NCBI GenBank assembly: GCA_964234715.1
Contig: OZ174278.1
Direction: 5' to 3' (one strand)
Length of the DNA stretch: 64,000 nucleotides
Source: Podarcis melisellensis
Lineage: Eukaryota
Shown here: piece after piece, positions 38,320 through 50,585 of the stretch
Position numbering within the stretch: position 1 is the first letter of the stretch
Layout of the letters: the number at the start of each line of letters is the position of its first letter
Translations under genes and position numbers: made by a program
Notes under the pieces: model-generated
Seen by the model: the letters and a program-made list of their open reading frames with translations, nothing else
Told to the model about the DNA's origin: nothing
Database searches by the model: none

Positions 38320-40584
38320 TACCACAAGCCTTTTCTGCCTGTCATGTTCCAAGCAAAAACTATTTCTTGAGGGAAGATTGTCTTTGAATGTTTGGGCTAC
38401 CGCTTTAGCTTCGAGGGGCCTGGTCTTAGGCACATATTGGAACCATTCCTGAACCAGCTGATACATTTTGCCTTGTGAGTGGGCTGGAGGAGGGAGGGCA
38501 TGCACAGTCCCTCCTTCACTATCCCACTCAGTTCCCTGTATGTAATTCCTTGTTTTTCTCTGTGGCTACCCAGAAAGTGTTTAATTTAAATACAAAGCTG
38601 CCTTGATCAGTGGTAGGGAAAGTAAAGCCAGCCTTGGAGCCAGGAGTCAGATCACGTTGGCAAAAATGTCCTTCCTAAATTGTCAACCCAGAGCTGACTC
38701 TCAGTAATGCTTATGAAATCTAATTGATTTTTTTTTTTAAGTTCAAGAAGCGTTTTACATAGGCAGTAGCTCTAGGGATGCAACGCATGATTCGTCGTTA
38801 CTCCATGATAACTGGTCTGTGTGTAAAAGACCTTGATTGGATGCCATTCTCCCCACAGCATCTCTTTCCTTGTGCTAATAGAGGAAATGAGATTACCCAT
38901 TCCAGCCACCCAGCTACTTGCCCCTCTCCAAGCTCCACCGCACACTAAATCTTGTATGGAATAGCAAAGCAAAAGGCTTGTATATTTATAGCTTTAAAAT
39001 GCTGATTGCTGTACACAAATTGCAGACAGAATAAAAGCAATAACAGTCATTTATGTTGCCTGTAATAAAACCAACACAGGTTGACAATTTAATTTACATG
39101 TTCAGGCCTTAGTTTTGCAAGCCTTCAGCACATAAGGCATTCTACTCATGAGTCACCTCCACAGAGCAAGATCTCTTATTTTAAAACACAAGGAAGTGAG
39201 ATCCTTTCAGGTTTTCATTTGTATGCTGTGGCATTATCTCTCTCTGTCTCTTTTGCCTTCCACTTAAATCAACTGCTGAGATAGAATGGGCTGTCAAGAG
39301 TATTTGGAAGGGCCCTCTGTCTATTCTGCACTGGTTACACTGCACTGGTGTTGGGATTGCCTGCTTATAATAACAGTGTGGTAGTCTTTCTGTTCTCTGA
39401 GGAAACTAGTACGGCCTTTGCTGGAATTATACTGAGACCACTTCTATTTTCTTTCCCAGTTGTAAGTGGGATGGCATGCTTTTACTGAATTTTATAAAGG
39501 AGCTTTCGTTGGATGAAAACAAGAGCTACAGATCAGGTGTTTCTGTTCTTGGATTATGAATTGTGAAATATTAAATAGTTGAAATAGTTTTGCAAGATAA
39601 ATGTAATTACAAATTTGAATTATAGTAACATAGGGGTTTGCTTTGCTGCTGAAGGTGTTTTACACCAGTTACACTGTTATGAATGATGATCACTAAGTGT
39701 CTATCTAAAAACAATGAGTGATGTCTAACATTACAGTATCTGACAATTTGTTTGTTTGCTTTCTGTCTTTTGCTCTGACAGGGATTCAAGGTGACTTACA
39801 GCTAAAACATAGAAAAAGCAATAATTAAAAAAACAATTAAACATTAATATATATGATCTATTATATACAGAGCTTTACAATAAAAACACCATAGTTCCAG
39901 GCCTTTCCTTAAAAAGAGCCAGTTCCCAAAAGCCTGTTGGAAGAAGAATGTCAGGAAGGACATGGACAAAGTTGAATGGGAGGAGAGAGAGATTTTTTGG
40001 CAATCTTCTTTCCTGCAGCACCCTCAACCCTCTCCGTAAATCTCCCTAAATCTCTCCTGTGGGGTCTCCACCTCTCTGGAGCAGATTTAGAGAGGGTGTG
40101 AGCCACTGTGTGTGTGGAGTGAGGGAATCGCCAGAAATTTCCCCCACCCCATTTTGCTGACTGATTTTCTTTGTGTCAGCAGACAATCACGATCAGATAC
40201 CACCCACAGTCTCTTGTGGATGAATATAAATTTAAGAGCAACTTGACTAAAACGAAACAGTACTATATGGAATCAAACTCTGATCTGCACATATTTATCC
40301 CCCCCCCACTGCCCTCGCCCGGTGCCTTCTGTACCCAGAAGGCAGATACAAGTACAAAATGCAACCAAATGAAGTAATAGCTTTATGACTGCCAGCTGGA
40401 TTTCCAGAAGAGCCTGGCAGCAGACGGCCTCTAAAGACTTCCAAATGCAAACCCACGTGCAAGATAACTAATTGTTCTGAACTCAGTGCTCTGATTTAAT
40501 AATGAAAAACTTGCAATATTTGGCATGCTATTTAGCATATATGTGTGTGTCTGTGTGTGTTTCTTTCTCTATTTCTCTTTCTCT

Positions 40585-40622
40585 ACACACACACACACAC
40601 ACACACACACCACACACACACA
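40585..40622. repeat. (CA)n microsatellite
   Basis: Read directly from the sequence. Confidence 0.95.
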
Positions 40623-40893
40623 GAGTATACATAAACATGCACACTCAGACAAATTTCAAAGTAGGCATGATGAACCAAATTATTTATTTTTAATCAGGTG
40701 TGTTTACTGGGAAGTTTAATCATGATCTTTTCCTAGATAGTAAGCCAGAATCTGTTTTTGCCATTTTTAACTGACAGATATGTTCCATGTAACTGGTAGA
40801 CATTAGAATAAAAATCTTTCTAATCACATCCTCCAATAGCTGCTGAATGTTTTTTTCTCTGAAGGCTAAATGAGAGCAGCTGGGAAAACCAAG

Positions 40894-41036
40894 NNNNNNN
40901 NNNNNNNNNNNNNNNNNNNNNNNNNNNNNNNNNNNNNNNNNNNNNNNNNNNNNNNNNNNNNNNNNNNNNNNNNNNNNNNNNNNNNNNNNNNNNNNNNNNN
41001 NNNNNNNNNNNNNNNNNNNNNNNNNNNNNNNNNNNN
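40894..41036. other. Assembly gap (143 N)
   Basis: Run of N. Confidence 0.99.
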
Positions 41037-41710
41037 GATCCTGAAAATCACTTCTGTCTGGTAGCACTTTAGGCAGGGATTATAACATTTGTAAGCAGCA
41101 CTGCTTGCACTGACCTGATTGTATAGAGAACAACTACCACAGGCACACTCCCCCCCCCTCCCCAAACACCCAGTGCTTTTTTCTGGGATTACTCAAGGAT
41201 ACACAGCAGCAGCACCTTTTTTTCTAGAAGGAAAGTACTGCAAACACCCATCAGCTTATTAGCAGCGATGGTGTGCAGGTTCTTCACATAACTGGAGTGG
41301 TGTACCCATGGATGAGAAGTTTTTTTAAAAAAAAACCTGCAGCCTTCTCCTAGAGCACAGTCATATAGTAGCACACTTTGGTTTCTTTTTAGCTTTCATG
41401 TGAAAAGTGTAAAAAAAACATGAAGTGGTCTGGTGTCTAAGTCCCATAGTTAGTATCATACTTCAGCTTTGGGCTCATGTTCAACCACCTCCCCTTCTGT
41501 ATGTCTTATTTCCTCTTCCTCATTTGAGAAAAGCCATAAGCTCTTTTCAAGGCTAAAGTGTCTTGCGCTGCCCCATCCTCCCCACTCCCCACCTTCACAT
41601 GACAAGGCAGGGTTGGTTATCTTGTATGCCTAACAGAGCTATAATTGAGATGTTTTGTCCAAAATAATAAGCTTTGGTTTGTGCTTGCTCTGCAACCCCA
41701 AAACAGTATA

Positions 41711-41952
41711 CAGTGGTACCTCGGGTTACATACGCTTCAGGTTACATACGCTTCAGGTTACACACTCCGCTAACCCAGAAATAGTGCTTCAGGTTAAGAA
41801 CTTTGCTTCAGGATAAGAACAGAAATCGGGCTCTGGCGGTGCGGCGGCAGCAGGAGGCCCCATTAGCTAAAGTGGCGCTTCAGGTTAAGAACAGTTTCAG
41901 GTTAAGAACAGACCTCCGGAACAAATTAAGTACTTAACCTGGGGTACCACTG
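41711..41952 (+). mobile_element. Tc1/mariner-pogo MITE, copy 2 of 3
   Basis: TA|cagtggtacctcgggtta...taacctggggtaccactg|TA. Confidence 0.92.
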
Positions 41953-42690
41953 TACTGGGATGTGATCCTGGTTTGCAGCGGAGTTGCAAACCACAGTTTG
42001 TTGTCTTGAGTGAAATTTTGAATTCTACCTTTTAGTAGTGACTTTCTCTCCTTGCACAAATAGCCCATACCCTAGCCCTTACCATTAGAACTGCCATATC
42101 TGTCTGAAACACTGACACAAGCTCTTTGCATTCCAAGCCTGTAATGTATTTCCGGCTACAGTCTGTCCTGTTTTTAGCACTTATTTGCTAAGCAAATTTT
42201 GGAATTGATCTGTATTTCTCCATCCACATAGCAATGGTACCTTCTGAGGTGCTACCGAAATGCAAAATATTTCTGTCTCGGAAGACAACACCACTGTGTC
42301 AAACAATTTTGTTGATTGCTCCCTTTAAAAAAAATCATTTTCATAGCAATGGTTGGAGTAATACATAACAAATTTGTGCTCGCCTTAATGATTAAAAGGC
42401 AGAGGCAGATGTTCCTCTGCTGTGGCTTTTGCCAGGATCCAGAAAGCCCATTTACATGTTGCCAAAGAACTGAATGCACACAGCAGGGTTTTTGTTTTTT
42501 GTAAAACCCGCAGATGAGTGATTTAGTTTTTTTCAAAAGAGGTCTGCAGGATGGTTTGCTAGTCTTGTTTGGAGAAAAGCTTTTGCTGCAAGCTGGAATG
42601 GAGTGTGTGTGTCCTCTTGCAAACTCTGAAAAAAAAATGTGTGAATGGGCCTTTTTTGTATTTTTTCCTCTTCCTTCAGTATTTGCAGAT

Positions 42691-43243
42691 CAGGGTCTTT
42701 CTCAGCCTCACTTGCAGATGCTGGGGATTAAATCTGGGGCTGTCTGCTCTAGGTCTCGAGGACATATCAATATATCACCCAGGACCAGTATGAGGAGCAG
42801 ACCACGATGTCAGCTTCACTCAGTGGTATATCGCTGGTGGAACTGCCACAGCTCCTGAGTCCCCCTGCTAGTGACTTCCTCCTGTGAGCATTGCTAGCAG
42901 AGGGAGTGAGGAGCGGTGGCGGTTTCGCCAGCGATATATCATACTGCATAGAGGGAGAAAAAAGCTCTATCGACAAGGCGCCGATACATCTTGTTCTTCC
43001 CTCTGCATCTTTAAACTGCTTGGCTGAGGAGTGTGTGGTTGCCATTCCCCTCAGCCGAGCAGTTAAAGGATCCCCCAGCTGTGGCAATTTCACGCGGCGC
43101 CTCACAGGCTGAGACCAATGTAGATTGTTTTTTCAACATTGGGGTATATCGCCAGACCGTGATGTTTGGCTGGTGATATGCTGTGATCTTGAAAAGCTGA
43201 CATCGCCCAGCCCTAGTGTGCTCTAGCGCTGAGCCACAGCTCT
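42691..43243 (-). mobile_element. Squam3-like SINE interrupted by a hAT element (42750-43215)
   Basis: SINE halves gatgctggggattaaatctggggctgtctgc and gtgtgctctagcgctgagccacagc flank an insert ending in catcgcccagcccta (hAT TIR) with repeated gatatatcg motifs. The left TIR is damaged. Confidence 0.65.
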
Positions 43244-43257
43244 TTGATTCCCCCGTA

Positions 43258-43483
43258 CAGTGGTACCTCAGGTTACAGACGCTTAAGGTTACAGACTCCG
43301 CTAACCCAGAAATAGTACCTCAGGTTAACAACTTTGCTTCAGGATGAGAACAGAAATTGTATGGCAGCAGCACAGCGGCAGCAGGAGGCCCCATTAGCTA
43401 AAGTGGTACCTCAGGTTAAGAACAGTTTCAGGTTAAGAACAGACCTCCAGAACGAATTAAGTTCTTAACCTGAGGTACCACTG
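43258..43483 (+). mobile_element. Tc1/mariner-pogo MITE, copy 3 of 3
   Basis: TA|cagtggtacctcaggtta...taacctgaggtaccactg|TA. Confidence 0.92.
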
Positions 43484-44244
43484 TAATATGGTTTGCAGTT
43501 TGCTGCAAGGAGGAAAATTAAGGTACAGAGAACAAACACTAAAAATGAAAAAAACAGAGGCACCTACCGCTTCCCAAAACGGATCTGTTAATTGGCCTTC
43601 TAACCATATTGTTCAGACCACAACTTCTCTGTCATTACACGGAAGTGGTGTACTTTTAATGCCTTGGGGTATGGGGTGGGAATCAGGATTTGACTAGTTC
43701 TGATTTCTTTTTGAATAGTATAAAGAACTGTATGGCATCACAAATCTTCCTTTCAGTACCTGAAATATTTTCCCAATAAAATGTAAAGAAGAGAAGACAG
43801 GATTATAGTCATTAGGGCTCCTATAGCTTGTAAAAAGGTTTTTTAAACTATTTTCATTATTGCAGGAAATGGTAGACTGCAGCATCTTTTATTACTGGCT
43901 AAGATGCATGAATGGAAAGGCTGGAAATCTGGCATTTCAGAGAAAATATTTTTTGGGTAACCTGAACATATAAGCACAGATTCATACACACTTAATTAGG
44001 TAATCCACACTTATACTATACTGATGTTCCCATGAACTGGCCCTGCCCAATATAAGTATAGTACTGCAGAATCTGTTCTACGCCAGAGTTAGGGAACCTG
44101 TGGCCTTTCAGATGTTGTTGGGCTCCTAATTCCCATAAGTTGCAACCATTATGCCTAATGGTCAAGAATGACAGTCAGTGGAAACCAGGGCTGGGGAATG
44201 GAAGCACACTCCCAGTCTAAAAGAGCTTTCCCATCCCAACACAG

Positions 44245-44415
44245 AGGGATGCTGAGAGTTCTTAGGAAACTCCTTTCCCCCTCATAGCTAGAATTTTAAG
44301 AGTAGTTTGGAATCAATCCCTCTTCCTAGGGAACTCTGGGAATTGTAGTTCTGTGAGAGGAATAGGCCGGGGTTTCCTCTCAGCACTCTTAACAAACTAT
44401 ACTTCCCAGAATTTT
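44245..44415. mobile_element. Squamate fold-back repeat (MITE-like)
   Basis: gctgagag...tcctttccccctcatagctagaatt pairs imperfectly with aattgtagttctgtgagaggaatagg...ctctcagc. Confidence 0.5.
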
Positions 44416-45462
44416 TATTCTTATTTTGGGCGGGGGTGGGAAGAGCTATGAATGCTTCAAGTGGTCTGCTACAGTTTCCCCAGTTTTCTCTCTCTTCAAA
44501 AGCTTTTTTTAATGATCTGCAGTAAAGTCAGCTCCTTGTTTTAAAATTTCACATTTCATTGCTACCCAAATCAGAGGATGGTCTGCATTTCAAATGCTCT
44601 GAAAGTTACTCCCAAGCCTACATTTGCTCCAAATGATAGTGTTTAAGCAATGGGTTAACACATGACAGTGGATGCTAATTAGCAGGTGTTTCAGGGTGTG
44701 ACAATCTGTTGACATTTATTAGGGTTCAGTTGTGTCTGTTCCCAGTGTTCTGTTTAAACATGCACCTACACTGAGTAGGCTGCATAACCCTGTTTTCCCC
44801 ACCCTGTGTGTCAGGTAGAGATTTCTTCAGCGTGGTGTGGACACAGGCAGGGTAATGTTGATCAAACACTTCACAGAGGCAGATCCCAAAGCTTGGATAC
44901 GGGATTGCATTTTGAAGAGCATGTTGTCTCCAGTTTGTCTGGGAATCTGGAAGGATACTCTTCATCTAGTCTTGTGGCATAATTAGGGTAAGGAACTCTG
45001 CCAGAGCTGATATTAATAGGAAGATATAAAATTGTAATACTTTATTCATCACTCAGGTGTTTAATGTAGATGAATGTGACTCTGTACCAAAGCAGCTTCG
45101 AAAAAGGGGGAAAGGGAATGGGAGAGAAGCAAAACAACAACAGCTGAATTATAACTTGCTCTTCTTATATCAGCCTAATTAGTTCGAATGCATTTTGTCA
45201 GGCGTAGGAGGTGTCCAGAAAAAGCCGTAGCCTTAACCCATGCTGTGGAAAAGGTTTATTTTGAAATACATGGCAGGTGGACTTCTGGGCGTTAAAATAT
45301 AGACAGTGCGGGTGGGGGGAGAATTTTTAAATACATGAACAGTTGAAGCACTTAGATGTGGCAAGCTTGACGGTTCACGAGAAATTTGCAGGATGAAGTT
45401 GGTTTTATGGGTAATGAGCAAGAGCGGGTGTGCGCACGTGTTTATACAGCATGGGAAAAGAC

Positions 45463-45654
45463 AGGGCTGCTATACGTCCAGATTTCCCCAGACATTAGCG
45501 GGATTTCAGAGGCGGAATTGACATCCAGGAGGAATTTCTGAAAAGCGGTGCTTTGTCCAGACTCTTAGGCAAGTCAGTTTTGGGGTCTTCCTTTAAAAAG
45601 ATCAACAACTTTCAGGGTGTCCTAGTTTTTACTTTTTGAAATATGGCAACTCTA
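45463..45654. mobile_element. hAT (Blackjack-like) MITE
   Basis: Ends agggctgctatacgtcc / atatggcaactcta. Perfect 8-bp TSD gaaaagac (45455-45462, 45655-45662). Confidence 0.85.
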
Positions 45655-46453
45655 GAAAAGACATAGTACACTGTACACTTGGGGACAGCAGATAGCAGCC
45701 AGCAGATCAGATCAGTGCCTTTAGTTCTGCTGTCAATCCCTTACCCCTGGTTATTTTTCTGCTGTTCCCTTTCTTTCTCTACTTGTCTATAGCTTTGCTC
45801 TTCAGACTGTTGTAGGGAGAAGAAAAAGAGATGCAGTTGGAAACGGCAGCAGGTCATTGAGGTGAGAGAATTGCTCTCTGCGTCTCACTAAAAGTAAAAC
45901 TTGTTCCAACCTATATTGCACTGCCATTTTGGTGTTTATATGGAAAGTTTACAAGTTGCGTGCAAAACTGTATAGCCCGGGTAGTAAAAACACTGCATTT
46001 TAGCTAGGATTAATGTGGCAAGAAAGGCAAAGGGGTTTGGTCCCTCAATACACGCGAAGGCTTCTACCAGACTATCTCAACTTCGCTGGCCGTTTAATAG
46101 GATGAGCGAGAGTCTGGAAAGGCCTGTTCTCAAAATACTGCGGGCATGAGCCAACAAGTCATTGTTTTGCCTTCAAGGGCTATCGGCAAGGGTGTTGTCA
46201 GTCAAACTCTCTACTGTGAACCTACCCCAACTGGTATGTGTCACTCGTTATTTTAGAACATGCTCAGACTATAGTATGTCATCTCTATGAATCACCTCCC
46301 TTTGTCAGACTTGAACTGTAGGCATGTCTGCTGGGCTTACAGCTGATTCTCACCAGAGAGGAAAGGTAAGCTAATTGCCTTTCTGAAATGCATGGCCAAG
46401 GAAAGAGCTGTTTGTCTCCAACAGAATATTTAGCTTTTGCATGGGCCTAAATA

Positions 46454-46804
46454 GGACGCGGGTGGCGCTGTGGTCTAAACCACAGAGCCTAGGGCTTGCC
46501 GATTGGAAGGTTGGCGGTTCAAATCCCCGTGACGGAGTGAGCTCCCATTGCTCAGTCCCTGCTCCTGCCAACCTAGCAGTTCGAAAGTGCAAATACTGTA
46601 GATAAATAGGTACTGCTCTGGCCGTAAGGTAAATGGCGTTTCCGTGCACTGCTCTGGTTCGTAGAAGTGGCTTAGTCATGCTGGCCACATGACCCGGAAG
46701 CTGTACGCCGGCTCCCTCGGCCAATAAAGCAAGATGAGCACCGCAACCCCAGAGTCGTCCGTGACTGGACCTAACAGTCAGGGGACCCTTTACCCTTTAA
46801 CTTT
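46454..46804 (+). mobile_element. Sauria SINE (Squam1), full length
   Basis: Head ggacgcgggtggcgctgtggtctaaaccac, B box ggttcaaatccc, core ccaacctagcagttcgaaag, (acctt)-type tail, TSD approximately taaatag(ga). Confidence 0.92.
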
Positions 46805-47715
46805 AAATAGGATCAAGCTCTGTGTCAGCATAAAATACATGCAAGATATACTACTGAACCTGTAGCTTTGCAGTCATTCTCTTTGCACCTGTTGGCATTT
46901 ATTTTTGGTATGCCTTTTACCCCTTAATGTTGAAAGGTCAGATTCCCTGTGTTTTCCTTCATCCGTTAATTAAAAATGAGCCAAAGGTCAAATTGACACG
47001 ACTCCCTTTGTTAGCTGTGTGTTGTTGTTTTTTGAAGTGCTCTCCGGAGGAAGAGCACATCAGTTTATATAGGAATCTTGGGTAGCACAAGACTCTAATA
47101 ATGAGTTTACAAAATGGTAAGGCCAGTTGGATATGATATTGCTGTTTGTTGTGATGCAAATGAAGAGAGTGCTGACAGCAAAAAGGCGTTTTTCCCTTTT
47201 TTAATTCAAAGCCAATTTTAAATGGACCTGCTGTAATTTGTTCTCTACCAGTTGCAGTTGGTGGGAATATTTCTTCTCTTAGGAGTGTGTGCCTACACTT
47301 GCTTAGCTGCTAGACTTTGCTTTTGATTTGGAATAGATAGGACTTCTCCATGGAACTGCAGTGTCGGCAATGCTTGTGTTTCTGGATAATGAATGATACT
47401 CTTTTCCGTCTTGTGAACTTGTAAATATTTAAAGTGCCCTAGTGGCCCAGAACACAGGAGTGCGTTATAACAATTTGCATTTTACAGCCATCAGTATGAC
47501 TAGTGCCTATAAATAACCGACTGTTATTGCACTTGTAAGTCCTTTTTATTAGGTTTGGCTTTCGGGGACCAGGGTTAAGTGCATACAAGGGCCGGGTAGA
47601 ATTCATTATGTTTTAGCTGTTTTAATGGGGATTTAAGTAGGTATTCCGTACATCTATTTTTTTCATTGGGATTTTGGGAAGAGAATTTTATGTTTAATAT
47701 TTAAAATTTCTAATC

Positions 47716-47853
47716 CAGAGTCAGGCAGCATGGGGCCTTCCAGATGTTGCTGGACTGCAACTTCCAGCACTTCTGGCCATTGGCTATGCTGGCTGAGGAT
47801 GATGGGAGTTGGAGTCCCACAACATTTGCAGGGTACCACATTGGCTACCACTA
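47716..47853. mobile_element. Short hAT-type fold-back MITE, complete copy
   Basis: gggccttccagatgttgctggactgcaacttcca pairs with tgggagttggagtcccacaacatttgcagggtacc. Imperfect TSD ttctaatc / ccctaatc. Confidence 0.75.
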
Positions 47854-50373
47854 CCCTAATCCACCAAGCTTGGTAAGTAAGGTTAGATCATCAAAAAGCC
47901 TGTGATGGTTTTGGTTGTGGTACTCCTTCTCCATCCCATCACTGCCCCTACAGCTACTCACTGGATACACCTCTGTGGCAGCAAGGCTGACTTTGATGAG
48001 GAGGATTTCTATGTGCTGGGCTGCTCTCATCTACTTTGTGTCAAAGGGAGAGGAGGAGGAGGTCCTTAGGAGGCTATCGGTAAAGTGTTTGCAGTGGCAT
48101 GAAAACTGAGAAATCAGTGGAGAAATGTGGAACGCAAGCTGCCTGTGAATGGGATTATCATAGTACATGTATGTGTGTATGTTCATGTGCATCTTCTTAG
48201 AATGATAAAATACTTCTTCTTTTTGCATAACCATGGCCTTTCTAAACATATCTACACCAAACAGTTGGAAAATTAATCACTCATTGTTTTTGCTGCAGCT
48301 GAATAATGTAGCTTCCCCTCTGAAATTACATTCAGATTAGCCCCAGGAAAATTTTAAGAATACCATGAGTTGTATATCCAACTTTATGTGTCTAAAGTTC
48401 CACTCATGCCCTGGGACTTCCCCTTCGTCTCATTTCCTTGAGCGCCCTCAGAATCTGCCTCCCGGGTCTTCCAATCCTCTGGGGCATATTTTGAGAGTGT
48501 GGGTTGGCTGCAGGGAAGAGAAGATGAAGTTTTCTTGAACAAGTGGCAGTCTGTACTAACAGAACAACAACATTGGATCTGACCCCAATGCTTGCAGATT
48601 TTGTTCAGAAATATGAGGTTTATTATTCAGTGTCTTGGTTAGTAATATTTCACAATCAGTGTTGTTCATTTTCCCAACCTGAATTTAAACGAATGTTTGT
48701 GCTGGGCTTTCTTTTATTGGTTGAGTGAAGCAAGGCCTTTGATTTAACTTGACCATTTGACATCCAGAGTTATCACATGTCAAAGTGCATGGTTATGCAC
48801 GATAGAAAGGGCATTGATTAAGGCTGCAATCTGTGCATGCTTACCTGTGAACAACCCCCATTAAACACCATGGAGCTTCCTTCCAGATAGAATTGTCCTG
48901 TGATTCATTTTGCAAGCACCATTAATTATGTTACAAGTCGAATCTACCCATTTATATGCATTGCTGACTTGTCCCCTGCAAAATTGTTTGTTATCTTGTT
49001 GTTGTGAGCTGCCATCACAACCGCTTGTTACTGGTGTGGAAATAAACCATACGATGTGGAAAGAGTTGCATGATGAGCCAGTACGCAAAGGTTGCTGAAT
49101 GGAGTAGCCATCACACAGAGATCGTTTCAAGTAGCAATAATGTATGATGGTAATATTGGAAAATCTCAGTGTAGTGTTTTTATGGCAGATTTGTGTAGTT
49201 GTATTCTCAGTACTGAAACCCCAAAGTTACACTTAACATTCTAAGTAATTTATCATGTCAGTTGGATAAGGATTTTCCCGGGTTTCCTTACAGTTTCCCG
49301 AATCAGCTGCATTTCAGAATGAAGTTAGGAAAAGCTCCTGTGTGAATTAATCACACAGTATTTCAGAGGAAGACAGTGGAGAATATCTGGAAATTGCTTA
49401 TCTGTGCTGCTGTTTTGGTGATCATTGCATCTCATTCATGTGCTTTACAGTTGCACAAGCAAATCCCAAATTCACACTGCCTTGTGTACGAAAAGCTATT
49501 GCCTATAAGGTGAGATTCTCCCCAACAGAAGGAGTAGTATGTGTGGTTGTATTCATATCTCTTTGACTTACATGTAGATCAGAGGAACTCACATATAGTG
49601 TGGTTGTGTACATATATAGCTTGGATGCATACAAAACCTGGATTCAGTTCCATCCTCTGTAGCAGAAGAGCTGGATAATGCACACCACATGAATAGAAGA
49701 AACAAACCAGCACAAGTGGTTGATGTTGTATTGTAGGGCTCTGCTATAGAGATGATGGATTGTGTGATATGCTTGGGGCAGTAGCTGGAAGCATGTGGTG
49801 TTCAGTGGGTTTTTAATACAAAATGGTAATTACATATCTGTTCACTGCATAGTTCCACAAACGGAAACTGCTACATGTACTGGTCTAGGCTTAGGTTGAT
49901 AAAGGGATGGAAAATATTAGAAATCCTGGTATGATTTTTCAAGGTACTCCATTGTGTAGGTCTAGGTGATGTATCTCAGGTGCAGGAGATGCCTTTTGAA
50001 GATAGAAGCTGAGGAAGTATTGCTTGAAGTCAGCCATGAATATGATGAAATACCATTGCAAAGTGAGTCTGCATGGTAGTGTCACCAACCTGAACAAATC
50101 TCCTCAAGGGAAACAATGGATAGAGATGAGAAAATGGCAAAACTTGGTGGTCAGATGAATTATGGCATCATCAGAGATAAAATTTCTTGTAGCCTACCAT
50201 TTTGTGGGGAATGTTGGTGCATAGAATTCATGGCTGCCTAAATAGTATTCACCAGGGTACTGTCGCCAGACTATAGCTTCCTAAGGAAGATAGTGGTATA
50301 TCCTAAATAGAATTGCCTATTTGGGGGTGAGTTTGGGGTGGGGTGGTAGTTGGAAGGCCTCAGATTTGGTCTG

Positions 50374-50585
50374 CAGTCATACCTCAGAAGTTGAACGGAA
50401 TCTGTTCTAGAAGTCCGTATGACTTCCAAAACATTCGGGAACTAAGGCACGGCTTCTGCAGGACTGCAGGAAGCTCCTGCAGCCAATCGGAAGCCACGAT
50501 GGATGTTCGGGTTCCAAAGAAAATTTCTAAACCGGAACAATCACTTCTAGGTTTGCAGCATATTTGCACTTCCGAGGTACGACTG
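50374..50585. mobile_element. Tc1/mariner-pogo MITE (related to the 14037 element)
   Basis: TIRs cagtcatacctcagaagt / acttccgaggtacgactg|TA. Shares the internal caatcggaagccac motif. Confidence 0.8.

Noticed and set aside
40720-41165. ORFs spanning the N run, and GATC at the gap edge
   Set aside because: The ORFs are artefacts of translating the assembly gap, and the GATC carries no biological information.
46036-46055. tttggtccctcaa resembling miR-133
   Set aside because: It diverges after 9 nt and no complementary 5' arm is present.
49451-49509. 59-nt AG...GT bounded segment
   Set aside because: Weak pyrimidine tract, no recognisable peptide, and not distinguishable from chance.
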